DNA of 64,000 nucleotides from Octopus vulgaris (taxonomy: Eukaryota), in the NCBI GenBank assembly GCA_951406725.2, contig OX597814.1:162378001-162442000 (forward strand), given 5' to 3'. This document shows, piece by piece, positions 40,677 to 53,456 of this stretch; the first letter of the stretch is position 1; every line of letters begins with the position of its first letter. The position numbers and the translations under genes were made by a program. The notes below the pieces were generated by a model that was given only the letters and a program-made list of their open reading frames with translations, was not told where the DNA came from and did no database searches.

Positions 40677-40678
<2 letters not shown>
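40584..40678 (-). mobile_element. Short LINE 3' tail inserted in (TAA)n (Dong-like)
   Basis: Minus TTGTCTCTTGAGGTCTCTGGGTGAGACTTGG..AAGTCAAACATAG followed directly by (AAT)n; (TTA)n on both sides. Confidence 0.5.
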
Positions 40679-40740
<62 letters not shown>

Positions 40741-40939
40741 CATTATCATTTAAGGTGGCGAGCAGGCAGAATTGTTAGCTCGCTGGCGTCGATGTAATCA
40801 ACTTATTCCCCCCCCCAAAAAAATTGCTGTCCTTGTGGTAAAATTTGATATCATTATTATTATTATTGTTATCATTATCATTATTATTATTATCATTATC
40901 ATTATTATTATTATTATAGTAATGGTGGTAGTAGTGGTG

Positions 40940-41079
40940 AGCCTGGGGTACCATCTAAAAGAATTTTAGTTGAACGAATTGACCACAGTACTTATTTATT
41001 AAACCTGGTACTCATTCTATAACCGCTAAGTTACGCGGAGATAAACACATCAATACCGGTTTTCGAGCGGTGGTGGAAG

Positions 41080-41119
<40 letters not shown>

Positions 41120-41255
41120 CGGATTTTTTCAATTTCCGCTAGCCAACTCTGCTCGAGGCTATAGTGGAAGACATTTTCCCAAGGTGCCACTCAGAGGGAC
41201 TGAGCCCGGAACTATGTGGTTGGGAAGCAAACGTCCTACCACACAACCACGTGTT
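40940..41255 (-). mobile_element. SINE family B
   Basis: Reverse head GGGACTGAGCCC..ACCACACAACCAC, (CA)n, tail. Confidence 0.8.
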
Positions 41256-42169
41256 TAGGCCAAATTCCAATAAATTCCCTGTTAAGCGATAATTTTCCCG
41301 TAGGGGCTCTCTAAAAGTACCGGCAGATGCTAGGATTACACTATTTTAGGGATTATGTTATGGATGTATAGAAAATTAAGAATATGGAATTAAGCTAGAA
41401 GAAAAAAGTCACAAAAATGTATTTGCGTATAATTAGCCTATTTTCTCACAGAATCCTCAGTGACCTCCGCGGATGGAATCCTAGTTGGGAATGCTCTTCA
41501 AGGTCAGTTGACCTGCTAGAAATAACTGCCGAACCTTCCTCAACTCAAACATTGTCTTAAATGAAAACAAACGAGAAAATTCATTTTACGTAATGTTGTT
41601 CTATATACCTCTGAAAGACGGGAATGGCACGGCAGGGTTCCTCAGTAGATCTGGTCAGTGATTAATGATCTGCTCACTTGGGGCTAAACAATACACACGC
41701 ACACACACACACGCACTGGCGCGCACACACACACACACGCACTGGCACACACACACGCGCATATACACACATACAAATTACAAAATGAAACCATAAAAAA
41801 GTAAAAACCTGAGAAAGCGAGGAGGGTCCTATGTGGTCGCTCGTGGGTTAGCCACGACTGGAAATTCTTCGATTACAGTTCTGATTAACCAAGATTGATC
41901 TGGGTTATACAACAACAAACATTTAAAGATCAATCTCAATGTTTATAATTCTCAGTTTAAAGCCACATCTTTGTTTTGAACGATCCTCTACATATAGGAT
42001 CTTAATCCTACCTATATGGAATTCTTGGAGGAGCACAACTTTAGTTTTTTTGCAATTCTACATGAGCTTATTCATTTGAAATAATAGGGGTAATGTCGAA
42101 TCAGAGTAGATGGTTAACTACTAGGAAGAACTCTATTCTACATACCCCTGCACATCAATTACTGTCTTG

Positions 42170-43420
42170 AGTTTTTAGACTCATAGGGGCAGGTTAGCCG
42201 GTTTCCATGGCGTATATGTGACCGAGATCACAAACAATCCAGTTCGTTGTAGGGTTTCTCATTAGCAGCTGAGTGGACTGGATCAATGTAGAATGAAGTG
42301 TTTTATTCAAGAACGCAGCGCACTGCCTAGTCTAGGAATAGAAGCCACGATCTTACGAAGGCCGGTTACCTGGTTTCCAAGGCGTATATGAGACCGAGAT
42401 CGCAACATTCCCCCTGAAGGAATGTCCTCTGCAAGGTTACTCATTTACAATTGAATGGACTGGATCAATGTAAAATGAAAGTGTTTTGCTCAAGATTGCA
42501 GCGCAAAGCCTATGCTGGGAAGAGAAACCACGATATTGCGATGGTGAGTGCAATGCCCTTACCACTAAGCTACACGTCTTCATCTCTGTTTAGATTCACC
42601 CATTAATATTTAAATCGGCCATAACCAGCAAAAATATTGTATGTTTTAAATCAAAACTGACCAAGACTAACCTCTCACATCTTCCCTACAATGTCATTCT
42701 AAAAGTATACAAAGGCATAATCGAAATCTTGAAGCTACAACATTAATGCATGATTAATTAAAAACAATGGAAATAAATAAGCATTACATTTGACAAAGAA
42801 ATCTGAAGTCTAAAAGATAAATGTTTACAATTCATCTTAATAAGTGAAGCAGTAAGTTCCCCTGGACGTTATTGTCTCGAGACCTATGACTCATAAGACG
42901 GGTTATCCGGTTTCTATGGCCTAGAAGCGATCGAGATCACAGCTTTCCTCTAAACAGGATAACAATTCGTCGCAGAGTTATACTTTTACAGCCTAATGAA
43001 TTGGAGCAACGTGAAATGAAATGCTTGGCTCTAGACCACTACCTCGAGTCTTACGACTCACAAACTTTTCACTCGAGTCCAATGGCCTATATGTTTCTTT
43101 ATTACCCACAAGGGGCTAAACATAGAGGGGACAAACAAGGACAGACAAACGGATTAAGTCGATTACATCGACCCCAGTGCGTAACTGGTACTTGTTTAAT
43201 CGACCCCGAAAGGATGAAAGGCAAAGTCGACCTCGGCGGAATTTGAACTCAGAACGTAACGGCAGACGAAATGCGGCTACGCATTTCGCCCGGAGTGCTA
43301 ACGGTTCTGCCAGCTCGCCGCCAATGGCCTATAAGTGACCGAAATCACAGATTCCCCCCTGAACAGGACACGCCAGTTCGTCGCAAGGTTGAGTGGAAAG
43401 AAGCGGGAATTGAAACCTTC
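42170..43420 (-). mobile_element. Cluster of SINE family C-like copies with a nested SINE A (43095-43320)
   Basis: Repeated GGACTGGA..AA(T/C)GT.AAATGAA(A)GTG and GACTCATA..GGTTA.CCGGTTTC; the SINE A is bracketed by CCAATGGCCTATA on both sides. Confidence 0.75.
42596..42820. mobile_element. Degenerate piggyBac-like MITE
   Basis: Ends ACCCATTAATATTTAAA / CTGAAGTCTAAAAGATAA resemble decayed TTAA-CCCTTTAG TIRs. Confidence 0.4.
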
Positions 43421-44169
43421 ATCTCTTTTCTAAAATGGAACAATATTTTTAAAAGGCATTAAAAAAAATTATGTTCTCAGATACTTTAAATGATTACATT
43501 CATGTCTTCTCATTTTTTGAGAACAGAATTCTTATTCTCATTTGTTTTTCTGTCTTTTATTTATCTAACTATAAGAAGGATCAGAGATTTAACTAGGGGT
43601 CCTACTGAGAATTCCATAAAAATATATTCATGTAACTATAGTGATATCGCCAACCTACGATGTAGCTAATTAAAAAATATATATAACAACAACAACAACA
43701 GCACAGAAAGCCTCATACTGTATGATGGTGGCATACCGACTTAGCAATGTACCGTTATCAACGCACACATATATACAACAGATACTAATTAACAGCTAAC
43801 TGATGTGCACTGATATATCGATAAGGCTGTAATAATCAACACATCAGCTCTCACCAAAATCGACAGTGGTGCCACATATAGAGCGATAGGCAACATTGTG
43901 TTACAAACAAAGGGGCTACTCATTACGGAGATACCGTTGTCGGAAATATGAACCCGCAGACATCAATAGGAGCTGATGCACTGCTTAACTAAAACAGAGC
44001 AACTCTTGCTCGCGGGAATGCAAGAATTTCAATATATGATCCAATCAGCTTTGTCCAACAAATGCACATGCGCACACACTTACATATGCACACATCTTTG
44101 TCACTCTCTGCGTTTATACACACACAATTACTATGTACTAATAGATATGTACAAATATATTTCTATATG

Positions 44170-44214
<45 letters not shown>

Positions 44215-45279
44215 CATACATACATGTGTGTGTGTATGGCTGCGCGCGTATGTGCGGGTGAATACACTCATACACACACACACACGCCAATGCATACCTA
44301 GAGTAAAGAATGAGACCTTGGTTACCTCGGAGGAAAAAAATATCATATATTGTAACTTATCTAAAAATGATGGAAATTTGCAAATTTCAAGAGGACGGGG
44401 CTAATCAAGCCTACCAAATTTCTAGTGCAAATAATTAGAAAATTGTCGTAGTCGTGTAACTCCAGGCTAGCGTTGATGAACTCTTATGGCACGCAGTTTG
44501 TCGGCGGCATGTCGAGGCGTGACTCACTTATCACTTTGCTAGTGAGGTAGGTGAAACCACCTAGTTAAGGTTGTACAATCCAAAAAGCAATTTATAAATC
44601 AAATTGTTATTGTTGCTTAGCACCTCCGGGAAGATTTCATGGAGAAGACATATGATCAAAGGTGTTCCATCTTTGATCATCTCATCGTTTGGCGTGTATA
44701 TCAGGGAGTGCATTGTCTATCAGGGACTACATATTTTCTAGCTAAAACAATAGCGTGTAATTTGGAAGAGGATTGGCTGCTATCCCTAGCAGATCGTGGT
44801 ATCGATTAACGGGTAATCAAGTTATTTAAATATGTGGGTATATATTGCGTTGACAAGACCCATCTAAAGTCCAGACGCTAGCGATAAAATAAACGTATTT
44901 GTAAAGCTCGGAATTGCCTTGCGCTGGGCTTCCCCTCCCAAAAGTTAACAAGAGTGGATTGCACCACAAAATCAGGTGGTGAATAAGAAGAGTTGTTAGA
45001 GAGTACTTTTTACCAGCTCTGTGTGTTCTGAGTTCGAATCTTGCCGGAGTCAGCTTCGCATTTCATGTTTTCGGATTCGATAAAATAAAGTATCTGTTCT
45101 GGTTGGTGAAGTGGTGGAATTGTTAAGAAAAATGTAGTTATGGGTGCTAAACTTCTGTCTCTAACTAAAAAGTATAAAAGATAATTTATTAGATTTATTT
45201 AGAGCTTAAATAAAAACAGCAAATAGAACCAAGATAAAAAGTAAAATAACTGATATGATTTAGTAAAGAAGAACTGAAC

Positions 45280-45600
45280 GGCACTGCATAACACCAAAGA
45301 TCCCATCTCCTTCATCTCCAGTACTCAAACAGCTTGGGTTTTAGGGATCCACAGCTATTCGACGTCCTGAAAAACAATCTCAGAGATTTTCGAGATTTTC
45401 GAGATGCGGAGATCTTCAAAGAGCGTCTGGATAAATTTTTATCTGAAATATCAGATGAACTAGCATCGCGGCAGGAAGCGTATAGAAGAGCGGCTCCAGC
45501 CAATTCGATACAGTAAAGAAAGGAAACGCAAAAACACTGAAAACGATGCTCCAGCATAGTTCCAGCCTATGACTGAAACCAATAAGAGAAAAGATAAGAT
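45280..45600 (+). mobile_element. 3' end of a CR1/L2-group LINE: ORF2 C-terminus plus 3' UTR
   Basis: NSLGFRDPQLFDVL..EIFKERLDKFLSEISDE..RAAPANSI* followed by ATGCTCCAGCATAG..TGACTGAAACCAATAAGA tail. Confidence 0.75.
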
Positions 45601-45769
45601 GTTCCAATTTGTGTAAAATATTACATGCATTTACATACATAAATAAATATATCTATACATAAACACGCATACATACATGCAAGCATACCTTCAAGGCCTA
45701 CATACATATTTATACACACCTACCTACTTACCTACCTTCATGTATGCAAGCAGACATATGCTTCTTTAA

Positions 45770-46270
45770 ATTTGGTTCAAAATGCCGTTTCCTGACCTTC
45801 GGTGATGTAGGCCTTTGCCAATTTTTGCCACTTACTCCAGTTTTGTGTTTCTCTAACACTTTAGTCCCAATTGCCAAAATCGTCTCGCCCGACCGATCTG
45901 TTAAGGGGTTCAACTCGTTTTCTAGTTTTTAAAGGCCCAGTTGAGTAACCTCGAGGGTTAGTTACTGTCTGTCATTGTCATCACGTGACCTGCCCAGAAC
46001 CATTTCAACATGTATATGTATTCAAGAAGGCCAAAGACACCTGTCTATTTTCATATCTTCTGTACTTAAACTCTAGCAACGTTGAGGATAATTTTTATTC
46101 TGGTAAGATCGAGGCAAATGAGAACTTTTTTAAATGTCAGATTCCAGGTTTAGAACTGCATATGTCTATTGCTGGTATGCATTCGTGGCATACTCCATTT
46201 TTGGAATGATGGCGACGTTGAACTTCGAGGTGGTATCTTGACTAAAAAATTGCTTTCTCAGCAGAAAAAC
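45770..46270 (-). mobile_element. RTE-clade LINE 3' fragment, decayed
   Basis: Minus LKWFWAGHVMTMTDSN*PSRLLNW ... WQKLAKAYIT matches the RTE C-terminal KW.WAGH..R motif. Confidence 0.7.
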
Positions 46271-46353
46271 TGATATTCAGTGTAATTCTGCGCTTGATAT
46301 CCTATTTCTTGTATCTCCAAAACATTTCAATTTATTTACACTTCTGCTGTAAT

Positions 46354-46391
<38 letters not shown>

Positions 46392-46461
46392 AACATTATC
46401 CATCTATACATACATATGCATATATATAAGTAATATATATATGCATATATGCAATATATAT

Positions 46462-46522
<61 letters not shown>

Positions 46523-47251
46523 CAACATTATCTATCTATTTATCTATCTATCTATACATACATACATATGCATATATATATGTAATATATATATGCATAT
46601 ATGCAATATATATGTTTATATATATATATATATATATATATGCGTGTGTATGTGTGGGAGTTGTGTGTTTGTGTGTGCGAGTGTGTATGTGTTTGTGTGC
46701 GTGTGTGTGCAGAGTATGTGTGCAGAGTATGTGTGCGAGTGGGTTTGTTTGTACGTGAGCGCGTGTGTATGTGTGTGCGTGTATTATATTAGGAGCTGGA
46801 TATTATTTAAGCGTAACACTTCGTTTTTGCGTTTCCGATTGCACAAAAACCTTTCAACAAATTAGATAGATGAAACTTAGAATTGAGTTTCAAGAAGTTT
46901 CAACTTGTAAAAAACTATATTGGGTTCGTTTAGCCCCGTTTGTAAACATACACTTTCATCAATCCACTCACACGAGGGAACACAGATATACACACACTCA
47001 CATACGTCTACATTGGTAGTGGTGAAATTTGTGTAATATGACATTACTTAAGATATTTTATGGTTATTTGAAAGATGTTTATAATAGACAAAATACAACA
47101 GACTTTATATATATCTTAATCTTGCTCAGTTCACAGTAGATTTTGTTGGCATTTTCTTTAAAGATCTTGTTTTGCCGAAAGAATTAGCTCTGCTGCATTT
47201 GTTGAGTATATAAACAGTTTGGCTGCTTGTTTCTCTGGAGACTGTCAGAAT

Positions 47252-47311
47252 GATGTGGATGCCTCTGATGAGAACTCAACAAAGTTCGAAAATTGATTAA
47301 GGTTGTTCATC
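47252..47311 (+). ncRNA. Type I minimal hammerhead ribozyme motif with intact catalytic core
   Basis: CTGATGA 47265-71; stem II GAACT-caacaa-AGTTC; GAAA 47288-91; stem III AAT-TG-ATT; UUA cleavage triplet ending at 47299; stem I TGGAT.GCCT / AGGT.T.GTTCA. Confidence 0.72.
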
Positions 47312-47793
47312 AGAGGTACAAAGGTTTCTTTTGTACTCTTCTCACCTGTCATTTTCAGAGATGAAAGTCCTACAGCGATGAAGTGGTGACGTGTGCAGAC
47401 CTGACCAGTTGGAAGCATATAGCTGCAAATCTACACATAGGCGGCAGGGGTCTTATCATAACATTGTTGTTATGTTTTCCTATGACAGGGGCTAACTCCG
47501 GTGAAGACGCTGGTGTCTTAGCAGCCCTATTAAGGAGAGCACTGCTCACCCAAAATCTTGGGAAGGTGCTAGAAAAGGTGCACTAAAAAAATGCCTGTCA
47601 CATTGGGTAGCTTACTGCAACTGTCAGCGGTTCATTCAAGCAGGAAAAAAAATGAATCACAATGCAAAACATTTATGAAAAAACGAATTAAAATATTTGC
47701 TTCTGGAATGTCAGAACTCTTCTGGACCAAAGCTCATCATGTATATATACATACATGGCCGTAGTCGAATGACAAACAAATAAAAGAATGAAA

Positions 47794-47838
<45 letters not shown>

Positions 47839-48054
47839 GTTGAAACATTCCTGTCACAACCTGGGATATTCAAGACTGCTATAATGCAAGAAAGTATACT
47901 AGTCCCTTAACATTTGATATTCAGTATTTCACCTATTCAATAAGACAATCAGTACTTCATTTCATTTTACTATATATACTATATATTCTATATTCTACAT
48001 TAATATTTTAAAGAATATAAATAAAACAAAAAACAGAGTTGGAATTCCTTTGAA

Positions 48055-48119
<65 letters not shown>

Positions 48120-48684
48120 CTTGGAAATGGATGCGTGGTATATAATCAAATAATATATATATATATATATATACAAAATGTACATATGTATGTATGGATA
48201 TAGTATTCCATTTCTGTGCCTGGAGGATATCAAGACCGGCACTAAAATACCAACTTATCGAAACAAATACTAAGCTTTCTTACTGGAAGCACTGAACAGC
48301 AGTGAAACAAAGAGTAGATCTCAAGGCTGGTGCCAAAGAATTACTGGAAACTAATATACACACAAACACACACACACACGCATAGCCATGGGCTGTCTTG
48401 CAGACGTGGAGGAAGGTAATAGAGAAATAATTTTGGATAAAGTGAAACGAAACAATGCAAAAATAAATATAAATATTGAAGGCTAACTAACGAAGGAGAT
48501 TCTTCGTGCTCAATCTGCCAGCTAGAAACAGCTTCCAAATCTTCCATAAGTCACCCTTTTATCATCTTAAAAAAGAAAGCGTACAGGTGCATGCTAGAGA
48601 AGTCTAAAGATACTCATGGTAACGGCAGTGCTAATAGTAATATCAATGCTAAGAGTAACGTTGGTATTAAAGGGTTAATATCGG

Positions 48685-49279
48685 TTTCAAATTCTAGCAC
48701 AAAGCCAGAAATTTCAAGGCATGAGGTAAGTCGATTGCATCGACTCCAGAACTCAACTGATGCTTTTCTTTATCGACCCCGAAAGGATGAAAGGTAAGGT
48801 CGACCACGGTGGCATTTGAACTCAAGACGAACAATATGTGGCTAAGCATTTTACCCGGCGTGCTAACAGTTTCTTATTTCTTCATTGCCCACAAGGGGCT
48901 AAACATAGAGGGAACAAACAAGGACAGACAAAGGGATTAAGTTGATAACATCGAGCCCAGTGCTTAACTGGTACTTATTTAATCGACCCCGAAAGGATGA
49001 AAGGCAAAGTCGACCTCGGCGGAATTTGAACTCAGAACGTAACGGCAGACGAAATATTTCTTTCTTTACTACCCACAAGGGGATAAACACAGAGAGGACA
49101 GACAAACGGGTTTAGTCGATTACATCAACCCCAGTGCGTAAATGGTACTTATTTAATCGACCCCGAAAGGATGAAAGGCTAAGTCGACCTCGGCGGAATT
49201 TGAACTCAGAACGTAACGGCAGACGAAATACTGCTAGGCATTTCGCCCAGCGTGCAAACGGTTCCTACCAGCTCGCCGC
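48685..49279 (-). mobile_element. SINE family A multimer
   Basis: Three core units; head ends at 49279. Confidence 0.9.
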
Positions 49280-49313
49280 TCTAATACCAGAGTTAATATT
49301 AATATTAGTGTAT

Positions 49314-49525
49314 AAGGCGGCGTGCAGGCAGAATCGTTAGCACGCCGGAGAAAGTACTTAGTGGGCATTTCGTCCATCTTTAAGTTTTGAGTTCGAATTC
49401 CGTCGAGGTCGACTTTATTTTCCATCCTTTCGGGCGTCGATAAAATAAGTACCATTTGAGCTCTGGGTTCGATGCATTCGACTTATCCCTCCCTCGAAAT
49501 ACTTGGTCTTATGCCAAAATATCAA
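49314..49525 (+). mobile_element. SINE family A, head-to-head with the previous copy
   Basis: AAGGCGGCGTGCAGGCAGAATCGTTAGCACG head plus core. Confidence 0.88.
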
Positions 49526-49833
49526 TATTGGTGTTAATGTTAGTGTTAATGATAACGTTGATGCTTATAGTAATGTTGGTGCTAAAGTAATTTTGTGAGT
49601 AAAGAATTCTTTATCAAAATTACACCTATTACGAAGAGGAAAGAATAATTTGCTTAATAACCAATTCTGGTCAAGAAAGACAAGGGACTCAACAATTGAA
49701 ATTCATTTAAATTAACTAAAACTATAACGTCTGCAATATTGTACAGTGGCGGTTTTAGGCTTTGATTTGGTATCATTAGACCTCCTTAGGGAGACATTGC
49801 TTTTAAGCAATATTACCAGACAAACTTTATCTG

Positions 49834-50042
49834 CATTATTTACATTATTTACATTTGACGGATATTTGTCCTCATCTTGTTTGTTGTTAACAAAACGTTT
49901 CGGCTGATATACCATCCAGCTTTCATCTCTATATCAGGGTATATCAGCCGAAACGTTGTGTTAACAACAAACAAGATGAGGATAAATATCCGTCAATTGT
50001 AAATAATGTACACAATTCCTCATCTCTTAATTATAGAACTGG
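49834..50042. mobile_element. Penelope-like insertion with inverted pLTR arms and 12-bp TSD
   Basis: 73-bp inverted arms 49841-49913 / 49938-50010 (3 mismatches); AAACTTTATCTG at 49822-33 and 50043-54; hammerhead half GATGA-A-AGCTG..CAGCC-GAAAC-GTT. Confidence 0.75.
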
Positions 50043-50054
50043 AAACTTTATCTG

Positions 50055-50470
50055 TTACTTGTTTCGGTCATTGGAGGAGGGTAGCCATGTTAGCGCACCA
50101 CCCTGAAAGGTTAAAGCCGAATCAATCGACCACAGTGCTTATCTTTAAAATCTGATAAATATTCTATCGATCTCTTTTGTCGGACCGTCAGATTATGGTG
50201 ACTTAAACCAACACCAGTTGTCAAGCGACGTATGTGTGTGGAGGGAGGAACAAACATAGACACAAACACACGCATGCTCTCTTTTACACACAGACACACA
50301 TACACACAAAAGCGGTTCGGCAGAAGAGACCGATAGAATAAGCACCAGGCTTACAAAGAATAAGTCCAGGTTCGCTTTCTTTGACTAAAAGGCGGTGCTC
50401 CAGCATGACCACAGTCAAATCACTGAATAAAAGAATAAAACGTGCTTCTTAACCACACAGCCACGCCTAT
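50055..50470. mobile_element. SINE family B halves, back to back
   Basis: - tail 50055-50260, (CA)n, + tail 50310-50435, - head stub. Confidence 0.75.
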
Positions 50471-50717
50471 GCCTATATTGTTGGGAAAACTACATTTCGG
50501 AATCGTAGCTGATCTCTTTATCGGATTGCTAACTATTAAATGTATCGCGAGCCAACAATATAGTTTTTTCTCTGATTGCTTGACTTGGCAGAAATAGAAA
50601 CCAAATTCCATTGAACCACAACCTACCGTGAGAAAAATAATGTAAGGATGGATATATTATGTCTGAAAAAATGACGCAAACACACACACATACATGCATG
50701 CATACACATACATACGT

Positions 50718-50803
50718 ACTCTATAATGAAATCCGTCAGAAGGACAACCCCGAGTACGAAGAAATAAAAACCCACAATATGGTAGAAGCCATAGCCACTC
50801 ATA
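50718..50803 (+). mobile_element. 86-bp internal fragment of the R4/Dong element
   Basis: 79/86 identical to 37577-37662 (LYNEIRQKDNPE..EIK.HNMVEAIATH). Confidence 0.9.
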
Positions 50804-50849
50804 TATATATATATATATATATGTATAAAAATATATATCTTAATAATAA

Positions 50850-51080
50850 TATGACAACAAAAGAATGAATGAGACCTCGTTATTATGTAAAATAGAGGAA
50901 TTTATCTATAAATATATGTGACAACTAGCTGATTGTCATAATAAAACTCAGAGTTTCGGTTACCGGAGATGAAGTCCGCTCCCGCATCTCATCATTTATT
51001 AAGACAAAACGCTATGGAAAATAAAGGGAAATTACTCCAATAGGCACAGGGAAAGTAATACTTCATTCATAGAATCCGCA
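50850..51080 (-). mobile_element. Penelope-like fragment with degenerate hammerhead
   Basis: Minus ATAA-ATGATGA-G..GGAG..CTCCGGTAACC-GAAACTC-T-GAGTT-TTAT. Confidence 0.45.
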
Positions 51081-51326
51081 TATGCACACATACACACACA
51101 CACATGTAAGCACACACACACACACACACACACACATGTATGCATATATATCTATATACATACTCACACACGGGTGTACATATACATACAAACACACATA
51201 AATACATATATATGTCTACGTATACAAGCACATACACACGCAAATCTACTCATGCACGCATCACTACGCTCATAGACACATATCTATCTATCTATATATC
51301 TATCTATCTATCTATCTATATATCTA

Positions 51327-51397
<71 letters not shown>

Positions 51398-51417
51398 ATA
51401 TATATATATATATATAT

Positions 51418-51600
51418 AGGGAAAGTTTACGAAAAAACACAAAAGACGAAGACAGGTGGTGTACAAAACAAACAGATGTATTAGTATAACGCTCAGGAAG
51501 GAAAAAGTCTTTTACGTTTCGAGCCTACGCTCTTCTACAGAAAGGTACACAGAAAAAACAAGGAGAGAGAAAAAAAAAAAGGAGAGAAAAAAGGAGAGAA
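51418..51600 (-). mobile_element. Penelope-like pLTR fragment with variant hammerhead (family P)
   Basis: Minus CTTT-CTGTAGA-A-GAGC-GTAG-GCTC-GAAAC-GTA-AAAG; next to (TA)n; close copy at 54375-54540. Confidence 0.65.
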
Positions 51601-51952
51601 TATATAGACTGATAACAGTTGACAAAATACATCGTACAATTTATTTCGTTTGGTTAATCTAAGTTAAGCTCTAACTGCACAGAATTTGATAAAATAAAAT
51701 ACAAGTAAAATGCTAACGTCGATATAAACAAATAGGCGAAAAAGAGAAATCAATTGTTTATATAAATTATATAATTTAGAATTTAAAAAACTTAAAAGAA
51801 AACACTTAATAATAAATTACCAACGCAAGACTTAGCTTTCGCGTGTGTGTATGTGTGTGTATATATATAATTCGTTATTATTTCACACTTTATGAGTGAT
51901 AACTTTGCACAATTTTATATATAAATTATATATATATATATTTATATATAGT

Positions 51953-51998
<46 letters not shown>

Positions 51999-52563
51999 AT
52001 CCGTTGTTATTTCCCACTTTATGAGTGATAACTTATGCACAATTTTAAATTAGAAATTTGAAAAATTCAAAGAATAATGTAGAGAAGTTGTACTGAGCTG
52101 AAGAACACTTTGGTTATAAACGTAATGGCTATGATTATGGAAAGTACAGAAGCTTCAACAACGAAGTAGAAAGAAATTATTCTATGTTAAAAGCTGTTAT
52201 GAATATTTTTATGCACCCGAAGAGATTTATTAATGTACGAATCAGTAATGTTATGTTATGATAATGTTATGTTAACGGCGGCAGTGCTTTTTCTCAAAAT
52301 TTATAGCATGAGAGATTCGTTCTAAATAAACCCAACTTTTAACTCGAAAGTGGGAAGAGCATGAATATTTATGTGCACGCTTGTATATTTGTACGTACGT
52401 AAGGTATGTATGTATGTATGTATGTATGTATGTATGTATGTATGTATGTATGTATGTATGTATGTATGTATATATGTATGTATGTATGTATGTATATATA
52501 TATATTTCATTTAAAAATCACATAGAAAGCCACAATTGACAGCTAAGTACGGAGTACATAGAG

Positions 52564-52614
<51 letters not shown>

Positions 52615-52822
52615 AATAAAACTCTTACAAGACTAGTACTGTTTCCTTCATCTCAAAATTCATATATACGTTTATGCATATACACAATTGTCATACCTAA
52701 ATATGAGTATATATATAAAATCATAGCTATATATATGTATATATATAATCAAAGCTATATATATTTTATATATATATATAATCATAGCTATATATATTTT
52801 ATATATATATATATAATCATAG

Positions 52823-52856
<34 letters not shown>

Positions 52857-52954
52857 CAGTAGCCATTACGTTTATAACAAGTGTTCTTCAGTTTAGTACA
52901 ACTTTTCTGCATAATTGTTTGAATTTTTAAAATTTCTAATTTAAAACTTTTCGT

Positions 52955-53080
52955 AAGGGCAAGTATCTCCTACTATATAGCTTCAGGCTGTCCAAAATCG
53001 TGTGAGTGGATTTGGCAGACAGAAACTGAAAGAAGCTCGTCGTGTGTGTGTATGTTTGAGTATATATATGCATACATATA

Positions 53081-53112
<32 letters not shown>

Positions 53113-53411
53113 CGACGAGCTTCTTTCAGTTTCCGTCTACCAAATCAAATCCACTCACAAGATACACACACACACATGTCTGTGTCTCTGTACGTGTCTT
53201 TGTGTTTGTTTGTCCCCTCATCACCACTTGACAACAGGTGTTGTTGTGTTTACGTCCCCGTGACATAACGGCTCGGCAAAAGTTACTGATAGAATAAGTA
53301 TTAGGCTTTAAAAATATATGAAAAAGTCCTGGAGGTGATTTATTCGACTAAAACTTTTTAAGGCGGTGCCTCAGTATGGTTGCAGTCAAATGGCTGAAAA
53401 CAAAAAAACAA

Positions 53412-53456
<45 letters not shown>

